64,000 bases of DNA from Borreliella garinii (lineage in GTDB: Bacteria; Spirochaetota; Spirochaetia; JABEVK01): positions 3,170 through 67,169 of the forward strand of contig DYOB01000003.1 in assembly GCA_020720765.1 (NCBI GenBank). Direction: 5' to 3'. Both the position numbers and the translations under genes were made by a program. Positions 29,985-42,302 of this stretch are shown in pieces. The notes below the pieces were generated by a model, which did no database searches, was not told the origin of the DNA, and was given only the letters and a program-made list of their open reading frames with translations. Within the stretch, counting starts at the first letter, position 1, and each line of letters starts with the position of its first letter.

Positions 29985-31087
29985 TATTCAGACATCTGCA
30001 TCGGCATGATGATGTGAAAATAGTTCTTCTCCGGGTCTGTTTTGAGCGTTACCGCTCTGCGGGGGTCTGTAAACTGCATGATGATCGTATTTTCAGTACA
30101 AACGCGCACTGGATCCTGGATGTAATGGTAATTTAAGGCAATCACGGTTTGAGGCCCCTCATACTCGACTGGAATTTCTTCACGTGCCAATCCCAACTCG
30201 CTTTCATCGGAGGCTATTAGGGCATTGTTATCTGCCAGTGTGAGAAAAACCCTTTGAGCCTTTTGGTCGGCCATAAGACTGACGCGCCTTATTGCGTCCA
30301 TTAGGTCTTCTTTTTTAATTTTGGCTGTATAAGCCTGGCTTTCAGGAATTACACGAAGATAGTTGGGGAATTGTCCGTCGATGAAATTCGAGTAGATTTT
30401 TTGATTATCAAAACTGAACACCAGGCTTTTTTCACCAATTCCAATATTTAGAACACCCTGGCCGCTGGCAAGTTTTCTTATGAGGTTTAAGGGTTTAGTT
30501 GGTATGATGGCTGTGAAATCCCTACTGATGTCCATATCAATTTTAGCTATGCTCAGCCTTCTTCCATCGGTAGCGACCAAACGGAAGGTTCCTTCCTTGT
30601 ATTCGAAGAGTACACCCGTCATAAAATATCTTGCATCGTCGTCGCTTACCGAAAAAATCGTCTGGTTGATCATTTCCAAAATTTCTTTTTGGCCTATCGA
30701 AAAAGCGAGTCCTTCGGTTTCCCACTGTACCCAGGGATAATTTTCGGACTTCATTGTTTTCAGCTGGTAATTGATGGATTTTTTTTCAGGCCTGATATGA
30801 AACCTGCTATCGTCTGTCATGTTAAAAAGAACATCCCCGTCGGGGAGGTTTTTCAAAGAGCCTAAGAATTTTTCACTATTGACTGTCGTAATTCCTTCAG
30901 ACTCCACATTCACTGGCAGGATGGATTCAAAGGCTGTCTTTGTATCCGTTGCACGAATGATAAGTTTGCCTTCTTTCACTTCCATCATAACATTGCTTAA
31001 AATGGAAATGGTTGATCTGTTTGAAACGACTTCCTGAGCTATCAGGATTTCCTTCATCAGCAGATTTTTATCACAATAAAACCTCAT
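29984..31087 (-). CDS. dnaN: DNA polymerase III beta clamp
   Basis: RATD, VATDGRRL, GQFPNY, IIMPM; follows dnaA. Confidence 0.96.
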   Translation of the reverse strand: MRFYCDKNLLMKEILIAQEVVSNRSTISILSNVMMEVKEGKLIIRATDTKTAFESILPVNVESEGITTVNSEKFLGSLKNLPDGDVLFNMTDDSRFHIRPEKKSINYQLKTMKSENYPWVQWETEGLAFSIGQKEILEMINQTIFSVSDDDARYFMTGVLFEYKEGTFRLVATDGRRLSIAKIDMDISRDFTAIIPTKPLNLIRKLASGQGVLNIGIGEKSLVFSFDNQKIYSNFIDGQFPNYLRVIPESQAYTAKIKKEDLMDAIRRVSLMADQKAQRVFLTLADNNALIASDESELGLAREEIPVEYEGPQTVIALNYHYIQDPVRVCTENTIIMQFTDPRRAVTLKTDPEKNYFHIIMPMQMSE

Positions 31088-31097
31088 ATAATCTCCT

Positions 31098-31264
31098 TAA
31101 TACTTATAAATTTAATAATAGCTGTTGTTGTAGAGACGGTGGAATTGTGGACAACACCATAAGTCTATACAGCATAACAAATTAAACCATTTTTACCCTT
31201 GTGGATAAAATTTGCCTTTATACACAAATCCACAGGCATGTGAAAAACACCCTTTTCTTCCACA
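31098..31264. other. oriC, dnaA-dnaN intergenic part: DnaA boxes, trio-like repeats, AT-rich DUE
   Basis: TGTGGACAA 31146-31154, TGTGGATAA 31200-31208, TTATACACA 31218-31226, AAATCCACA 31226-31234, TCTTCCACA 31256-31264. Minus strand reads CTACAACAACAGCTATTATTA and then an AT-rich tract. Confidence 0.85.
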
Positions 31265-31291
31265 GGAATATAACACTTTATCCTACTTTGG

Positions 31292-32710
31292 TCATGACCC
31301 ATGTTGGCTCTGCTCCCTGCATGTTCGAATAAGACTTTGGACTATCATGTCGGTTTTAGGATCCACCTTAATTTTTGAATCGATTTTCTGGACCGAGTGC
31401 ATGACCGTGGTATGGTCACGGCCCCCGAATTCCAACCCGATCTCAGTAGTTGAAAACTCTGTCATTTCCCTTGCAATAAACATGGCGACTTGCCTAGGAA
31501 GAACAATGGCTTGATTTTTCCTTTTATCTTTGAGGTCCTTTGTTGTTACATTAAAGTAAGCTGCTGTTACCTTTTGGATCATATCAATGGTAACAGTTCC
31601 TAGGGACATACTTGCAGAGATGGGTTTGATGGCTTTTTGGGCCACAGCAAGGGTTATTTTTTCCTGGACAAGTTCAGCGTAAGCCTTAATATTTGTTAAG
31701 GCTGATTCAAGGTCTCGAACATTACTTGAAACCGACGTCGCAATGTAATTGAGAACGTCGTCGGGTATGGCAAAAGAAAAGGATTCACTTTTCTTTTTGA
31801 GAATTGCCAAACGGGTCTCATAACTTGGCATACGCAAATCTATTTTAAACCCGCGTACGAACCTGCTGATAAGACGTTCGTTGAATTTTTTTAGTTCCGT
31901 TGGTGGCCGGTCACACGTAAAAATCAGTTGTTTTTTATTGTCGTAAAGCTGATTAAAGGTGTGGAAGAGTTCTTCCTGACTTTCATCTTTTCCCTGTAGG
32001 TCGTGGATATCGTCAAGCAAAAGCACGTCGAGGTTTCTATAATGATCTTTGAATTTTTTCATGGTGTTGTTTTTTATCGACCCTGATAAAACGTGGTTAA
32101 CAAAATCACTAACGAAGGCTTCAGAAGGAATACAGAGGATGTTCGCAGAGGGATTCATCCTTTGAATGTGGTTTCCAATGGCGTGCATTAGGTGGGTTTT
32201 ACCTAAACCCACGCCACCGTAAATAAGAAAAGGGTTGTAATCGCCGCCGGGTGATTTTGCGATTGCTATAGCCGTACTATAGGCAAGCTTGTTTTCTTCT
32301 CCTATAACATAGTTTTCGAAGGTCATGGAACCATTCAATCTTGAAGATTCCCTTTTGGTGTTGCCGTCTTCCCGCAACATTATCGTGGGGGTCTGACGGG
32401 GTGTATCCTGGATGACTTTTTTTTCCTCTGCGGGTTGTACCGGGAACGACATGCTTTCTAACGCCTCTACGGATAAAACGATGGGACGACCGCAGAGAGC
32501 GTGCAGTTTTTCTTCTATTTTTTCAACCCAGGCTTTTTTTAATTGATCCCTGAAAAATAACGAGGGTGTGTTAACAACGATCGTGTCGGTTTCGCTTCTG
32601 TTGTATTCCAAACCGCTAAGGTAGAAATCGAGCTCTGACGTTGGCATTTCTTCTTTAAGGTTTTTAACGGCTTCTTCAAAGAAGGGTTTAAAGTCCAGAG
32701 CATCCTCCAA
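31292..32710 (-). CDS. dnaA: Chromosomal replication initiator DnaA
   Basis: YNPFLIYGGVGLGKTHL, LLLDDI, NVRDLE, PRQVAM, GGRDHTTV; TTG start. Confidence 0.98.
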   Translation of the reverse strand: MEDALDFKPFFEEAVKNLKEEMPTSELDFYLSGLEYNRSETDTIVVNTPSLFFRDQLKKAWVEKIEEKLHALCGRPIVLSVEALESMSFPVQPAEEKKVIQDTPRQTPTIMLREDGNTKRESSRLNGSMTFENYVIGEENKLAYSTAIAIAKSPGGDYNPFLIYGGVGLGKTHLMHAIGNHIQRMNPSANILCIPSEAFVSDFVNHVLSGSIKNNTMKKFKDHYRNLDVLLLDDIHDLQGKDESQEELFHTFNQLYDNKKQLIFTCDRPPTELKKFNERLISRFVRGFKIDLRMPSYETRLAILKKKSESFSFAIPDDVLNYIATSVSSNVRDLESALTNIKAYAELVQEKITLAVAQKAIKPISASMSLGTVTIDMIQKVTAAYFNVTTKDLKDKRKNQAIVLPRQVAMFIAREMTEFSTTEIGLEFGGRDHTTVMHSVQKIDSKIKVDPKTDMIVQSLIRTCREQSQHGS

Positions 32711-32713
32711 TTA

Positions 32714-34961
<2,248 letters not shown>

Positions 34962-34969
34962 GAGAAGAC

Positions 34970-37432
34970 ATGGCCGAGCTAACAGGACGGATTATTCCCG
35001 TTGAAATCGAAGACGAAGTAAAAAGAAGCTATTTAAACTATGCGATGAGCGTTATTGTTTCGAGGGCCTTGCCCGACGTGAGGGACGGTTTGAAGCCAGT
35101 CCACCGCCGTATTCTCTTCGCCATGGAAGAGATGGGGCTCAGGCACGAGCGTCCTTTTAAAAAGTGCGGACGTATAGTCGGTGATGTGCTGGGTAAATAC
35201 CACCCACACGGCGACCAGAGTATCTATGACGCGCTTGTCCGACTAGCCCAGGATTTCAGCCTTCGCTACCCAGTAGTAAGAGGGCAGGGTAACTTTGGAA
35301 GTGTGGACGGCGATCCTCCAGCGGCGATGCGGTATACCGAGGCAAAACTCGCAAAAATTTCCGATGAACTTATCCGGGATATTGACAAAGAAACCGTAGA
35401 TTTTGGTCCCAATTACGACGATAGTCTCAAGGAGCCCTTGGTTTTGCCAGCGGCGTTCCCATTTTTGCTTGTCAATGGAGCAAGTGGGATCGCGGTCGGA
35501 ATGGCTACCAATATTCCACCGCACAACCTGGGCGAGGTTTGCCGGGCCATTGTTGCAACCGTCGACAACCCGGAAATTACCAGTGATGAACTCGTTCAAT
35601 ACGTAACAGGCCCGGATTTTCCCACGGGTGGCGTTATCCAAAACCGTGGTGGGTACCACCTTGCGGCCCGCACAGGGCGCGGAGCGGTTACAGTACGAAG
35701 CAAGTACGAAATAGAAGAGAGTTCTACGGGAAAGCAGAGCCTGATCATCACAGAAATCCCTTACATGGTGAATAAGGCGCTAACGATAGCCCATATAGCA
35801 GAACTCGTGAAAGATAAAAGGATTGATGGGATTTCCGACCTTAGGGACGAGAGCGACCGTGATGGTATGAGGATAGTCATTGAAATTAAAAAGGGTTTTG
35901 ACCATATGGTTGTTGTCAACAGCCTTTTCGCACATACAAATCTGCGTTTAAATTTTAATATTAACGCGCTTGCCCTGGTCGGCGGTATGCCCAAAGTTCT
36001 CAGTCTAAAAGAAATGATCGTGGCTTTTATTGCCCACCGAAGGGAAGTGATCATCCGAAGGACTATTTACGACCTGAGAAAAGCCGAAGAACGCGCCCAT
36101 ATTCTACAGGGATTAAAAATAGCCCTCGACAATATCGACGAGGTCATCCGAACCATCAAGGAGTCTGCCAACGTTGCTGAGGCTAAGGTCCGCCTTGAGA
36201 CGCGCTTTTCTCTCAGCGAGATTCAGAGCCAGGCTATTCTTGATATGCGCCTTCAGAAACTTACTTCACTTGAAACGCAAAAAATATTAGAAGAATTGGC
36301 CGAAGTCGAGGCTAAAATCGCATTTTTTAAGGACTTGCTGGCACATGAAGAAAAAATCTACGGCGTAATAAAGGAAGAAACCAAAAAGATCGAGGAAGAT
36401 TTCGGTGATGAAAGAAGGACCGAAATCACCGACGAAGAAGCAACGAATGCAGATATGGAAGAACTGATTCAAAAAGAAGACGTTGTTGTGACGATTTCAA
36501 GCGGAGGTTTTCTCAAGCGTGTACCAGTAACGGAGTATAGGGCCCAGGGGAGGGGGGGGAAGGGGGTCTTCACCGCAAACCTGAAAGAAGAGGATTTCCT
36601 TGAGAATATCTTCGTTTGCAACACCCACCACTTTATCCTTTTTATCACCGATCACGGCAGGTCTCAGAGCATTAAAACCTACCAACTTCCAGTGGGCTCT
36701 AGAACATCAAAAGGAAAACATATCAGAAGCCTGCTCGACCTTCAGGAAGATGAAAAAATGACCACAGTAGTCAGCCTGGATTCGTTTAAATCCGACAGGT
36801 TCATTGTCTTAGCGGCTAAAAGCGGAAAGGTTATGAGGATGCCGACTTCTGTCTTTGCATATTCAAAGGTAAAGGGCATAGCAACGGTAAACCTTGAGCC
36901 AGATGATCATTTGGTTTCCGCCTACCTAACAAGCGGCTCGGATGATATTATTCTTATCACCAAAAATGGTCAGGCTTTGAAATTCCCTGAAACTGATATT
37001 CGAAGTACAAACAGAAACGTTCAGGGCGTGAAGGGCATTACTTTTAAGGCTAAAAACGATGAACTCATCGCTGCCATCCCCGTTCGTTCCAACGAGCAGC
37101 TTCTGCTGGTTTCAGAATTTGGTTTAGGCAAACGCTTGTCTGCGAGTGAGATCAACCCACACGGGCGTGGAACAGCGGGAATGATCTGTTATAAGCCGGA
37201 TGAAAAAAGCGGCCGTTTAGCCGGTGCAATTCCAGTAAGTCCGGACTATGACGTGATGTGTATCACAGAACAGGGAAAAAGCATTAAGAGCGCCACCGAC
37301 GCTATTTCCGAACAGGGGCGTTCTGCCAAGGGTGTTAGGCTTATTACGCTTGAACCCGGAGACAGGGTTTCGGGCATTGCAAAATCTGTTCAGGAAGAAA
37401 AAGCCATTCAGGGTGAACTTTATACCGAGTAA
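34970..37432 (+). CDS. gyrA: DNA gyrase subunit A
   Basis: [22 protein letters not shown] catalytic Tyr, GyrA-box QGRGGKG. Confidence 0.97.
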   Translation: MAELTGRIIPVEIEDEVKRSYLNYAMSVIVSRALPDVRDGLKPVHRRILFAMEEMGLRHERPFKKCGRIVGDVLGKYHPHGDQSIYDALVRLAQDFSLRYPVVRGQGNFGSVDGDPPAAMRYTEAKLAKISDELIRDIDKETVDFGPNYDDSLKEPLVLPAAFPFLLVNGASGIAVGMATNIPPHNLGEVCRAIVATVDNPEITSDELVQYVTGPDFPTGGVIQNRGGYHLAARTGRGAVTVRSKYEIEESSTGKQSLIITEIPYMVNKALTIAHIAELVKDKRIDGISDLRDESDRDGMRIVIEIKKGFDHMVVVNSLFAHTNLRLNFNINALALVGGMPKVLSLKEMIVAFIAHRREVIIRRTIYDLRKAEERAHILQGLKIALDNIDEVIRTIKESANVAEAKVRLETRFSLSEIQSQAILDMRLQKLTSLETQKILEELAEVEAKIAFFKDLLAHEEKIYGVIKEETKKIEEDFGDERRTEITDEEATNADMEELIQKEDVVVTISSGGFLKRVPVTEYRAQGRGGKGVFTANLKEEDFLENIFVCNTHHFILFITDHGRSQSIKTYQLPVGSRTSKGKHIRSLLDLQEDEKMTTVVSLDSFKSDRFIVLAAKSGKVMRMPTSVFAYSKVKGIATVNLEPDDHLVSAYLTSGSDDIILITKNGQALKFPETDIRSTNRNVQGVKGITFKAKNDELIAAIPVRSNEQLLLVSEFGLGKRLSASEINPHGRGTAGMICYKPDEKSGRLAGAIPVSPDYDVMCITEQGKSIKSATDAISEQGRSAKGVRLITLEPGDRVSGIAKSVQEEKAIQGELYTE

Positions 37433-37438
37433 ACTATT

Positions 37439-37454
37439 TGTTTCACGTGAAACG
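37439..37454. promoter_or_regulatory. parS centromere site
   Basis: TGTTTCACGTGAAACG, a 15/16 match to TGTTTCACGTGAAACA; about 1.2 kb from parAB and near oriC. Confidence 0.9.
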
Positions 37455-38492
37455 TTTTTGAAAAAGAGCTACAGCTTTGAGGTACTTTTTTTTAAGGTAG
37501 CTCTTTTCTGTGGGGGTTAAGAAGGCGGCATCGATTGAAATAAGGTTAGACTTGATAAAGTCTTCGATGGTAAAGTTGAAATACTTGACGGCTAGCATAT
37601 AGTCGTCAGTTAAATCTGCGTCCTGAATACTCGGGTCGTCTGAATTTAAAGAAACAGGAACACCCATCCGAAAAAGCGCTCCAAAAGGGTGGGTTGCTGT
37701 GTCTCGCCACGACCCTGTTTGATAATTTGAAGTAAGGCATTGTTCAAGAGTAATCTTATTCTCTTTTAGGTACGCTCGAAGCTTTGGGTCCTCTATGGCA
37801 GAAGTCCCGTGCCCGACGCGGGCAGCGTGAAGTGTTTTAACCGCTTCCCATATTTGAGAGGGCGGGCTGACTTCACCGGCGTGGATCGTAGTTAAAAACA
37901 AGCCGTCCTTTTGGACTTTATCAAAAACACTTTGAAATAATTCCGGAGGATAATTTGTTTCATCGCCGGCAAGGTCGAAGCCGCAGATGTCTGGGCTGAC
38001 CGATTTAAATTTTTCATACAGTTCCAGCATTTCTTCGGGGGAATGTTTTCCTCGGTTCAGGGTAATAAGGTACCGGATCGTAATGCCGATTTCTTTAGCG
38101 GCTTTGTTTCCAGCGCGGATTACAGTGAGAATGACTTCCTTCCGGTTAAAGTTATTTATGGCCGCAAAATGTTCCGGGTTAAAGCGTAATTCTATATAAA
38201 AAAGCCCGTCATTTTTAAAATTTTTAACACTATGAAAAGTGATAAAATCTACATCTTCCAGGCTTTTGTACCAATGATTCCGAAACTTGGCTAAAAACAG
38301 TAAAAAATCCGGCTCCCCATCTTTGGGAAACTGGTTGTCCTTTTTAAATTCTTCATAGGTCTGGGATTCGGCTACATCATTCTTTTTGGCAAGTTCATAA
38401 AGTTTGTCCATAGGAAACGAGCCTTCAAGGTGTCGATGCAGTTCTATTTTGGGGAACTGTCTTATGATTTCATTTGTTAATTGCCGTCCCAT
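37443..38492 (-). CDS. add: Adenosine deaminase family protein
   Basis: PKIELHRHLEGS, YIELRF, TIHAGE, RVGHG, CLTSN, LNSDDP. Confidence 0.9.
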   Translation of the reverse strand: MGRQLTNEIIRQFPKIELHRHLEGSFPMDKLYELAKKNDVAESQTYEEFKKDNQFPKDGEPDFLLFLAKFRNHWYKSLEDVDFITFHSVKNFKNDGLFYIELRFNPEHFAAINNFNRKEVILTVIRAGNKAAKEIGITIRYLITLNRGKHSPEEMLELYEKFKSVSPDICGFDLAGDETNYPPELFQSVFDKVQKDGLFLTTIHAGEVSPPSQIWEAVKTLHAARVGHGTSAIEDPKLRAYLKENKITLEQCLTSNYQTGSWRDTATHPFGALFRMGVPVSLNSDDPSIQDADLTDDYMLAVKYFNFTIEDFIKSNLISIDAAFLTPTEKSYLKKKYLKAVALFQKRFT

Positions 38493-38625
38493 CCGTCATC
38501 CTCGTTTTGATGTGCATAACATTAGGTATGATTACCTACTTAAAGACATCGGAAAAAAATAAGTTCTTCTCAAGAAAAATCTTTTTTTCAAAGACTTTTT
38601 TTCCATCAGTGCCTATAATGCGGCT

Positions 38626-39384
38626 ATGGGAAAAGCTTTGATATTTGCTAATCAAAAGGGCGGGGTAGGAAAAACCACCACCGCTGTAAGCCTGGCGAGT
38701 TATATCGCAGCGGCCGGAAAAAAAGTCCTTCTCGTGGATTTCGATCCGCAGGGAAATATGTCGTTAGCTGTCGGTGCCGATCGGAACAAGCCCGGCATTT
38801 ACGAATTAGTTCTAAAAAAAGCCGTTGCCCGGGAAGTTGTTCAAAAAACGTTCGAAGAAAACCTCAACATTATACCAGCGAACGTCCACCTTTCAGGTAT
38901 CAATGTTGAACTGACGGAAATGGATAAAAGGGAATACTATTTAAGAAAGGCCCTTGAACCCATTAAAGCCGATTTCGATTTTATATTTATCGACTCGCCA
39001 CCCTCTCTTGACCTTGTGACAGTCAATGGTCTTGTCGCGGCAGACTTGGTGATGATTCCTCTGCAAACTGAATTTTTTGCTATAGAAGGCACGAGTCAAC
39101 TCGTCAGGACAATCACCATGGTCAAACAGAATCTCAACCCAGGACTTGAGCTGGGTGGAATTATTTTAACGATGAAAGATAACCGGACCCAACTCTCAAA
39201 AAACGTGGTTGACGAAGCTGTTTCCTATTTTCGTGACAAAGTGTTTCGGACGGCTATCCCCCGAAACGTCAGTTTAGCCGAGGCCCCATCTTTTGGGATG
39301 ACAATCCGTCGATACCAGCCTGGTTCGCCAGGGGGCCGTGCGTATGAACAATTAGCCAAGGAGGTGCTAGATCGTGTCCAATAG
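38626..39384 (+). CDS. parA: Chromosome partitioning ATPase ParA/Soj
   Basis: NQKGGVGKTTT, DFDPQGN, IDSPPSL, IPRNVSLAEAPS. Confidence 0.95.
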   Translation: MGKALIFANQKGGVGKTTTAVSLASYIAAAGKKVLLVDFDPQGNMSLAVGADRNKPGIYELVLKKAVAREVVQKTFEENLNIIPANVHLSGINVELTEMDKREYYLRKALEPIKADFDFIFIDSPPSLDLVTVNGLVAADLVMIPLQTEFFAIEGTSQLVRTITMVKQNLNPGLELGGIILTMKDNRTQLSKNVVDEAVSYFRDKVFRTAIPRNVSLAEAPSFGMTIRRYQPGSPGGRAYEQLAKEVLDRVQ

Positions 39385-40270
39385 ACTGGGTAAGGGTTTT
39401 GAGGCCCTGTTTTCAGCCGACCCCGCACCCATGGCGCAAAGCGGCGAGCCTTTGACAGTTCCGCTCAATCGGATTCAAACCAATCCCAACCAACCGAGGA
39501 AAGATTTTCAAACTGAGGCGCTCGAAGAGCTTGCTTCTTCGATACGCGAGAAAGGGATCATTCAACCGATCCTTGTTGAGCGTTCGGAAGAAGGCGGTTT
39601 TGTGATCATCGCGGGTGAAAGGCGCTTCAGGGCGGCAAGGATGGCGGGACTCGAAGAAATCCCTGTTTTTGTAAAAAATTATACCGAACAGGAAAAGCTT
39701 GAAATAGCCTTGATCGAGAATATTCAGAGGACCGATCTCACCCCCATGGAAGAAGCCAGGGCTTACGCAAGGCTTATGGAAAGCGGTGATTATACCCAGG
39801 AAGAACTCGCGGGGAGGGTGGGAAAACAACGTTCGACTATAGCTAATTCTTTGCGTTTGATGAAACTTCCAGAGCCCATTCAAGTCTTGGTGGAGAAGGG
39901 ACAAATTACACCCGGGCATGCGCGCGCCATCCTTTCTCTCGAAAAAGCCGCTGATCAGAATAGTCTAGCCGAAGAAATACTGGTTAATTCGTTGTCTGTT
40001 AGGGGTGCTGAGCGCCGTGCAGAAGAAATGAGGCTTGGAAAAGCCTTGGTGCAAAAAGAAACGGAAAAACCGCAACCAAAAAAGACCCCTGAGGATTCTG
40101 CTCAGGAGAACTACGCGGAATGGAAGGATCTGGCGAATCAGCTGATGGAAAAACTCGGGACTAAGGTTCGACTCCGGGGTACCCAGGATGGCGGCACCGT
40201 AGAAATTCAGTTTTACTCACTCGACGACCTCAATCGATTATCAGATCTTCTGCTATCCCGTTTCCCTTGA
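39374..40270 (+). CDS. parB: Chromosome partitioning protein ParB/Spo0J
   Basis: NPNQPRKDF, GIIQPI, IAGERRFRA, ENIQRTDL, HTH motif RSTIANSLRL. Confidence 0.96.
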   Translation: MSNRLGKGFEALFSADPAPMAQSGEPLTVPLNRIQTNPNQPRKDFQTEALEELASSIREKGIIQPILVERSEEGGFVIIAGERRFRAARMAGLEEIPVFVKNYTEQEKLEIALIENIQRTDLTPMEEARAYARLMESGDYTQEELAGRVGKQRSTIANSLRLMKLPEPIQVLVEKGQITPGHARAILSLEKAADQNSLAEEILVNSLSVRGAERRAEEMRLGKALVQKETEKPQPKKTPEDSAQENYAEWKDLANQLMEKLGTKVRLRGTQDGGTVEIQFYSLDDLNRLSDLLLSRFP

Positions 40271-40295
40271 CAGAATCGTAAGGTCTCAATATCAT
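40267..40295 (+). promoter_or_regulatory. Promoter of the tRNA-ffs-dnaX cluster
   Basis: TTGACA(40267-40272, containing the parB stop)-17-TATCAT(40290-40295). Confidence 0.75.
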
Positions 40296-40310
40296 TCAGT
40301 GGGTCTCCCT

Positions 40311-40395
40311 GGAGAGGTGGCAGAGTGGTCGATTGCGGCAGTCTTGAAAACTGTTGGGCCGCGAGGTCCCGTGGGTTCGAATCCCACCTTCTCCG
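40311..40395 (+). tRNA. tRNA-Ser(TGA)
   Basis: GGAGAGG/CTTCTCC acceptor stem, GCAGT-CTTGAAA-ACTGT anticodon arm, long variable arm, GTTCGAATC; CCA not encoded. Confidence 0.95.
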
Positions 40396-40405
40396 AAGAC
40401 AAATA

Positions 40406-40493
40406 GGAGCGGTGCCAGAGTGGCCGAATGGGGCGCCCTGCTAAGGCGTTGTACCCCTCAAGGGTACCGAGGGTTCGAATCCCTCCTGCTCCG
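40406..40493 (+). tRNA. tRNA-Ser(GCT)
   Basis: GGAGCGG/CTGCTCC acceptor stem, GCGCC-CTGCTAA-GGCGT anticodon arm, long variable arm. Confidence 0.95.
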
Positions 40494-40497
40494 TATT

Positions 40498-40571
40498 GTG
40501 CCCATAGCTCAGTTGGATAGAGCGTCAGATTGCGGATCTGAAGGTCGGAGGTTCGAATCCTCTTGGGCATA
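40498..40571 (+). tRNA. tRNA-Arg(GCG)
   Basis: GTGCCCA/TGGGCAT acceptor stem, TCAGA-TTGCGGA-TCTGA anticodon arm. Confidence 0.95.
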
Positions 40572-40586
40572 TTGCCGTAAGAGCAA

Positions 40587-40671
40587 GGAGAGATGGCCGA
40601 GTGGCTTAAGGCGCACGCTTGGAAAGCGTGTATACGGAAACGTATCAGGGGTTCGAATCCCCTTCTCTCCG
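40587..40671 (+). tRNA. tRNA-Ser(GGA)
   Basis: GGAGAGA/TCTCTCC acceptor stem, CACGC-TTGGAAA-GCGTG anticodon arm, long variable arm. Confidence 0.95.
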
Positions 40672-40683
40672 TCCCTTTAGTGA

Positions 40684-40780
40684 CTGTCGGGCCCTACGCT
40701 ATCGGCTGACACCCAACCCCGCCAGGATCGGAAGGTAGCAACGGTAAGTGCTCGGCGATGTGCCGTAATCGGTTTGACAG
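40684..40780 (+). ncRNA. ffs: Signal recognition particle RNA (4.5S)
   Basis: Long hairpin CTGTCGGGCC...GGTTTGACAG with helix-8 core CCAGGATC-GGAA-GGTAGCAAC; usual position upstream of dnaX. Confidence 0.9.
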
Positions 40781-40797
40781 GAACTAAGGGGTTTTTT

Positions 40798-41979
40798 ATG
40801 AGCTATGAAGTAACCGCGACAAGACGACGCCCTAAAACATTCCTAGAAATGGCCGGCCAAGATTTCGTCGTAACGACGCTGAAAAAATCCATTGAAACAC
40901 AGAGAATTGCCCATGCCTACCTTTTTTCCGGCCCCCGGGGAGTGGGAAAAACAAGTTCGGCAAGAATTCTAGCTAAATGCCTTAACTGCGAAAACGGCCC
41001 TACTGCAGAACCCTGCGGGGTTTGTTCTTCTTGCGTTTCCATTGCAAAAGGTTCGAGTATCGATGTTATCGAAATCGACGGAGCTTCCAACACCTCGGTC
41101 AACGACGTTCGGGTCATCCGTGACGAGGTTTTGTTCGCCCCCAGCTCTTCAAGGTATAAAATTTATATCATCGACGAAGTCCACATGCTTTCGAATTCCG
41201 CCTTTAATGCTTTATTAAAAACTATTGAAGAACCCCCTCCCTACATTGTTTTTATTTTTGCCACGACCGAACTCCACAAGGTTCCTGCAACGATTCGAAG
41301 CCGGTGCCAACAGTTCCCTTTCCGGCTTATCCATACTGACGATATCAAGAAAAACCTTGAACTCGCGGCGGCAGAGCTCGGGTTGAAAGCGGATGATGAA
41401 GCACTGTTCTGGATGTCAAAGGAAGCTACCGGGTCCATGAGGGACGCGTACACGTTATTTGACCAGGTGGCGGCCTTCTCCGATGGACATATCACCCAAA
41501 CGAAAATCCAAGAAAAACTCGGACTTGTCGGGGTTGATGTCGTTACGGAGCTCGTTTCAAGCCTCTTAACCGGAAACCACCACGAAGTTCTTGAGCTTAT
41601 CGATAAAATATTGGTTTCCGGAGTCAGTGTATCACAGATCACCCACGACCTTACTGATTTTTTCAGGGGCCTTCTGCTCTACAGAGCCGGAATCCGCCGT
41701 GAAAGTCTCTTAGGTTATAAGCCGGAACGGCTTGCGGAGACTGGTCTGGAAACCCTTACATTGGCACAAGTTGAAAAAGCAGAAGAATCCCTTCTGGAAC
41801 TCAATAGAAACCTAAGGTACAGCATCAATCCCCGTGCAGAATTGGAATTGACCTTGATAAGGTTTTGTTCCTTGCCCAACTTTTTGGGTACTAGCGAACT
41901 CTACCAGCAAATCCTTCTGTTAAAGGAAGAGTTGGTAGGCGTCGCTTTACAGGCAAAAAAAAAACTACAGAACGGATAA
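40798..41979 (+). CDS. dnaX: DNA polymerase III gamma/tau subunit, zero-frame short product (393 aa)
   Basis: HAYLFSGPRGVGKT, Zn-binding cysteines, EIDGASN, IIDEVHML, TIRSRC; stops 4 codons after an A10 run. Confidence 0.95.
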   Translation: MSYEVTATRRRPKTFLEMAGQDFVVTTLKKSIETQRIAHAYLFSGPRGVGKTSSARILAKCLNCENGPTAEPCGVCSSCVSIAKGSSIDVIEIDGASNTSVNDVRVIRDEVLFAPSSSRYKIYIIDEVHMLSNSAFNALLKTIEEPPPYIVFIFATTELHKVPATIRSRCQQFPFRLIHTDDIKKNLELAAAELGLKADDEALFWMSKEATGSMRDAYTLFDQVAAFSDGHITQTKIQEKLGLVGVDVVTELVSSLLTGNHHEVLELIDKILVSGVSVSQITHDLTDFFRGLLLYRAGIRRESLLGYKPERLAETGLETLTLAQVEKAEESLLELNRNLRYSINPRAELELTLIRFCSLPNFLGTSELYQQILLLKEELVGVALQAKKKLQNG

Positions 41980-42302
41980 TTTCACACCCTGAAGGCCTGC
42001 CTGAAAAATGGCGGACGGAAATTTTAAAAAATACTGAAACACCCAAAGGCATTGTTTTAGGCCTAGAGGGAATTACTGCTTGGGTCGTAAACGGTGAGGA
42101 GCTTTCTTTAAGTTTAAAAAATTCGCTATATTTAGAGGGGTTGCAAACAAATTTTGACTGGTTACTGGAAAGGATTAGGAATTTTGTGCCAGGGGTGGGA
42201 AAAATTATTCTGATTGTTGAAGAAAATGAAGAAAAACCGCTTGAGGATTGGGAAAATCAAAAGGCGGTTTGGTTGGAAATCTTTCAGGGGAGGATTGGGT
42301 GA
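41964..42302 (+). CDS. dnaX: C-terminal tau extension of DnaX in the -1 frame (112 codons)
   Basis: Stop-free frame from the A10 run (TTERIISHPEGLPEKW...KAVWLEIFQGRIG) ending in a GTGA overlap with ybaB. Confidence 0.8.
   Translation, partial: TTERIISHPEGLPEKWRTEILKNTETPKGIVLGLEGITAWVVNGEELSLSLKNSLYLEGLQTNFDWLLERIRNFVPGVGKIILIVEENEEKPLEDWENQKAVWLEIFQGRIG

Noticed and set aside
36547-36566. G-rich run GGGGAGGGGGGGGAAGGGGG in gyrA (possible G-quadruplex or phase-variable G8)
   Set aside because: It encodes the conserved GyrA-box QGRGGKG in an essential gene, so Gly codons explain it.
36455-37432. In-frame Met496 at the start of the GyrA C-terminal domain, recalling the separately translated Borrelia Gac protein
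   Set aside because: No convincing Shine-Dalgarno sequence or internal promoter is visible upstream.
40292-40680. Two ORFs (92 and 108 aa) over the tRNA cluster
   Set aside because: They are spurious translations of tRNA genes.
42248-42298. N-terminal extension of YbaB from TTG 42248
   Set aside because: GTG 42299 has a GGGGAGG RBS, and the upstream bases belong to the dnaX -1 frame.
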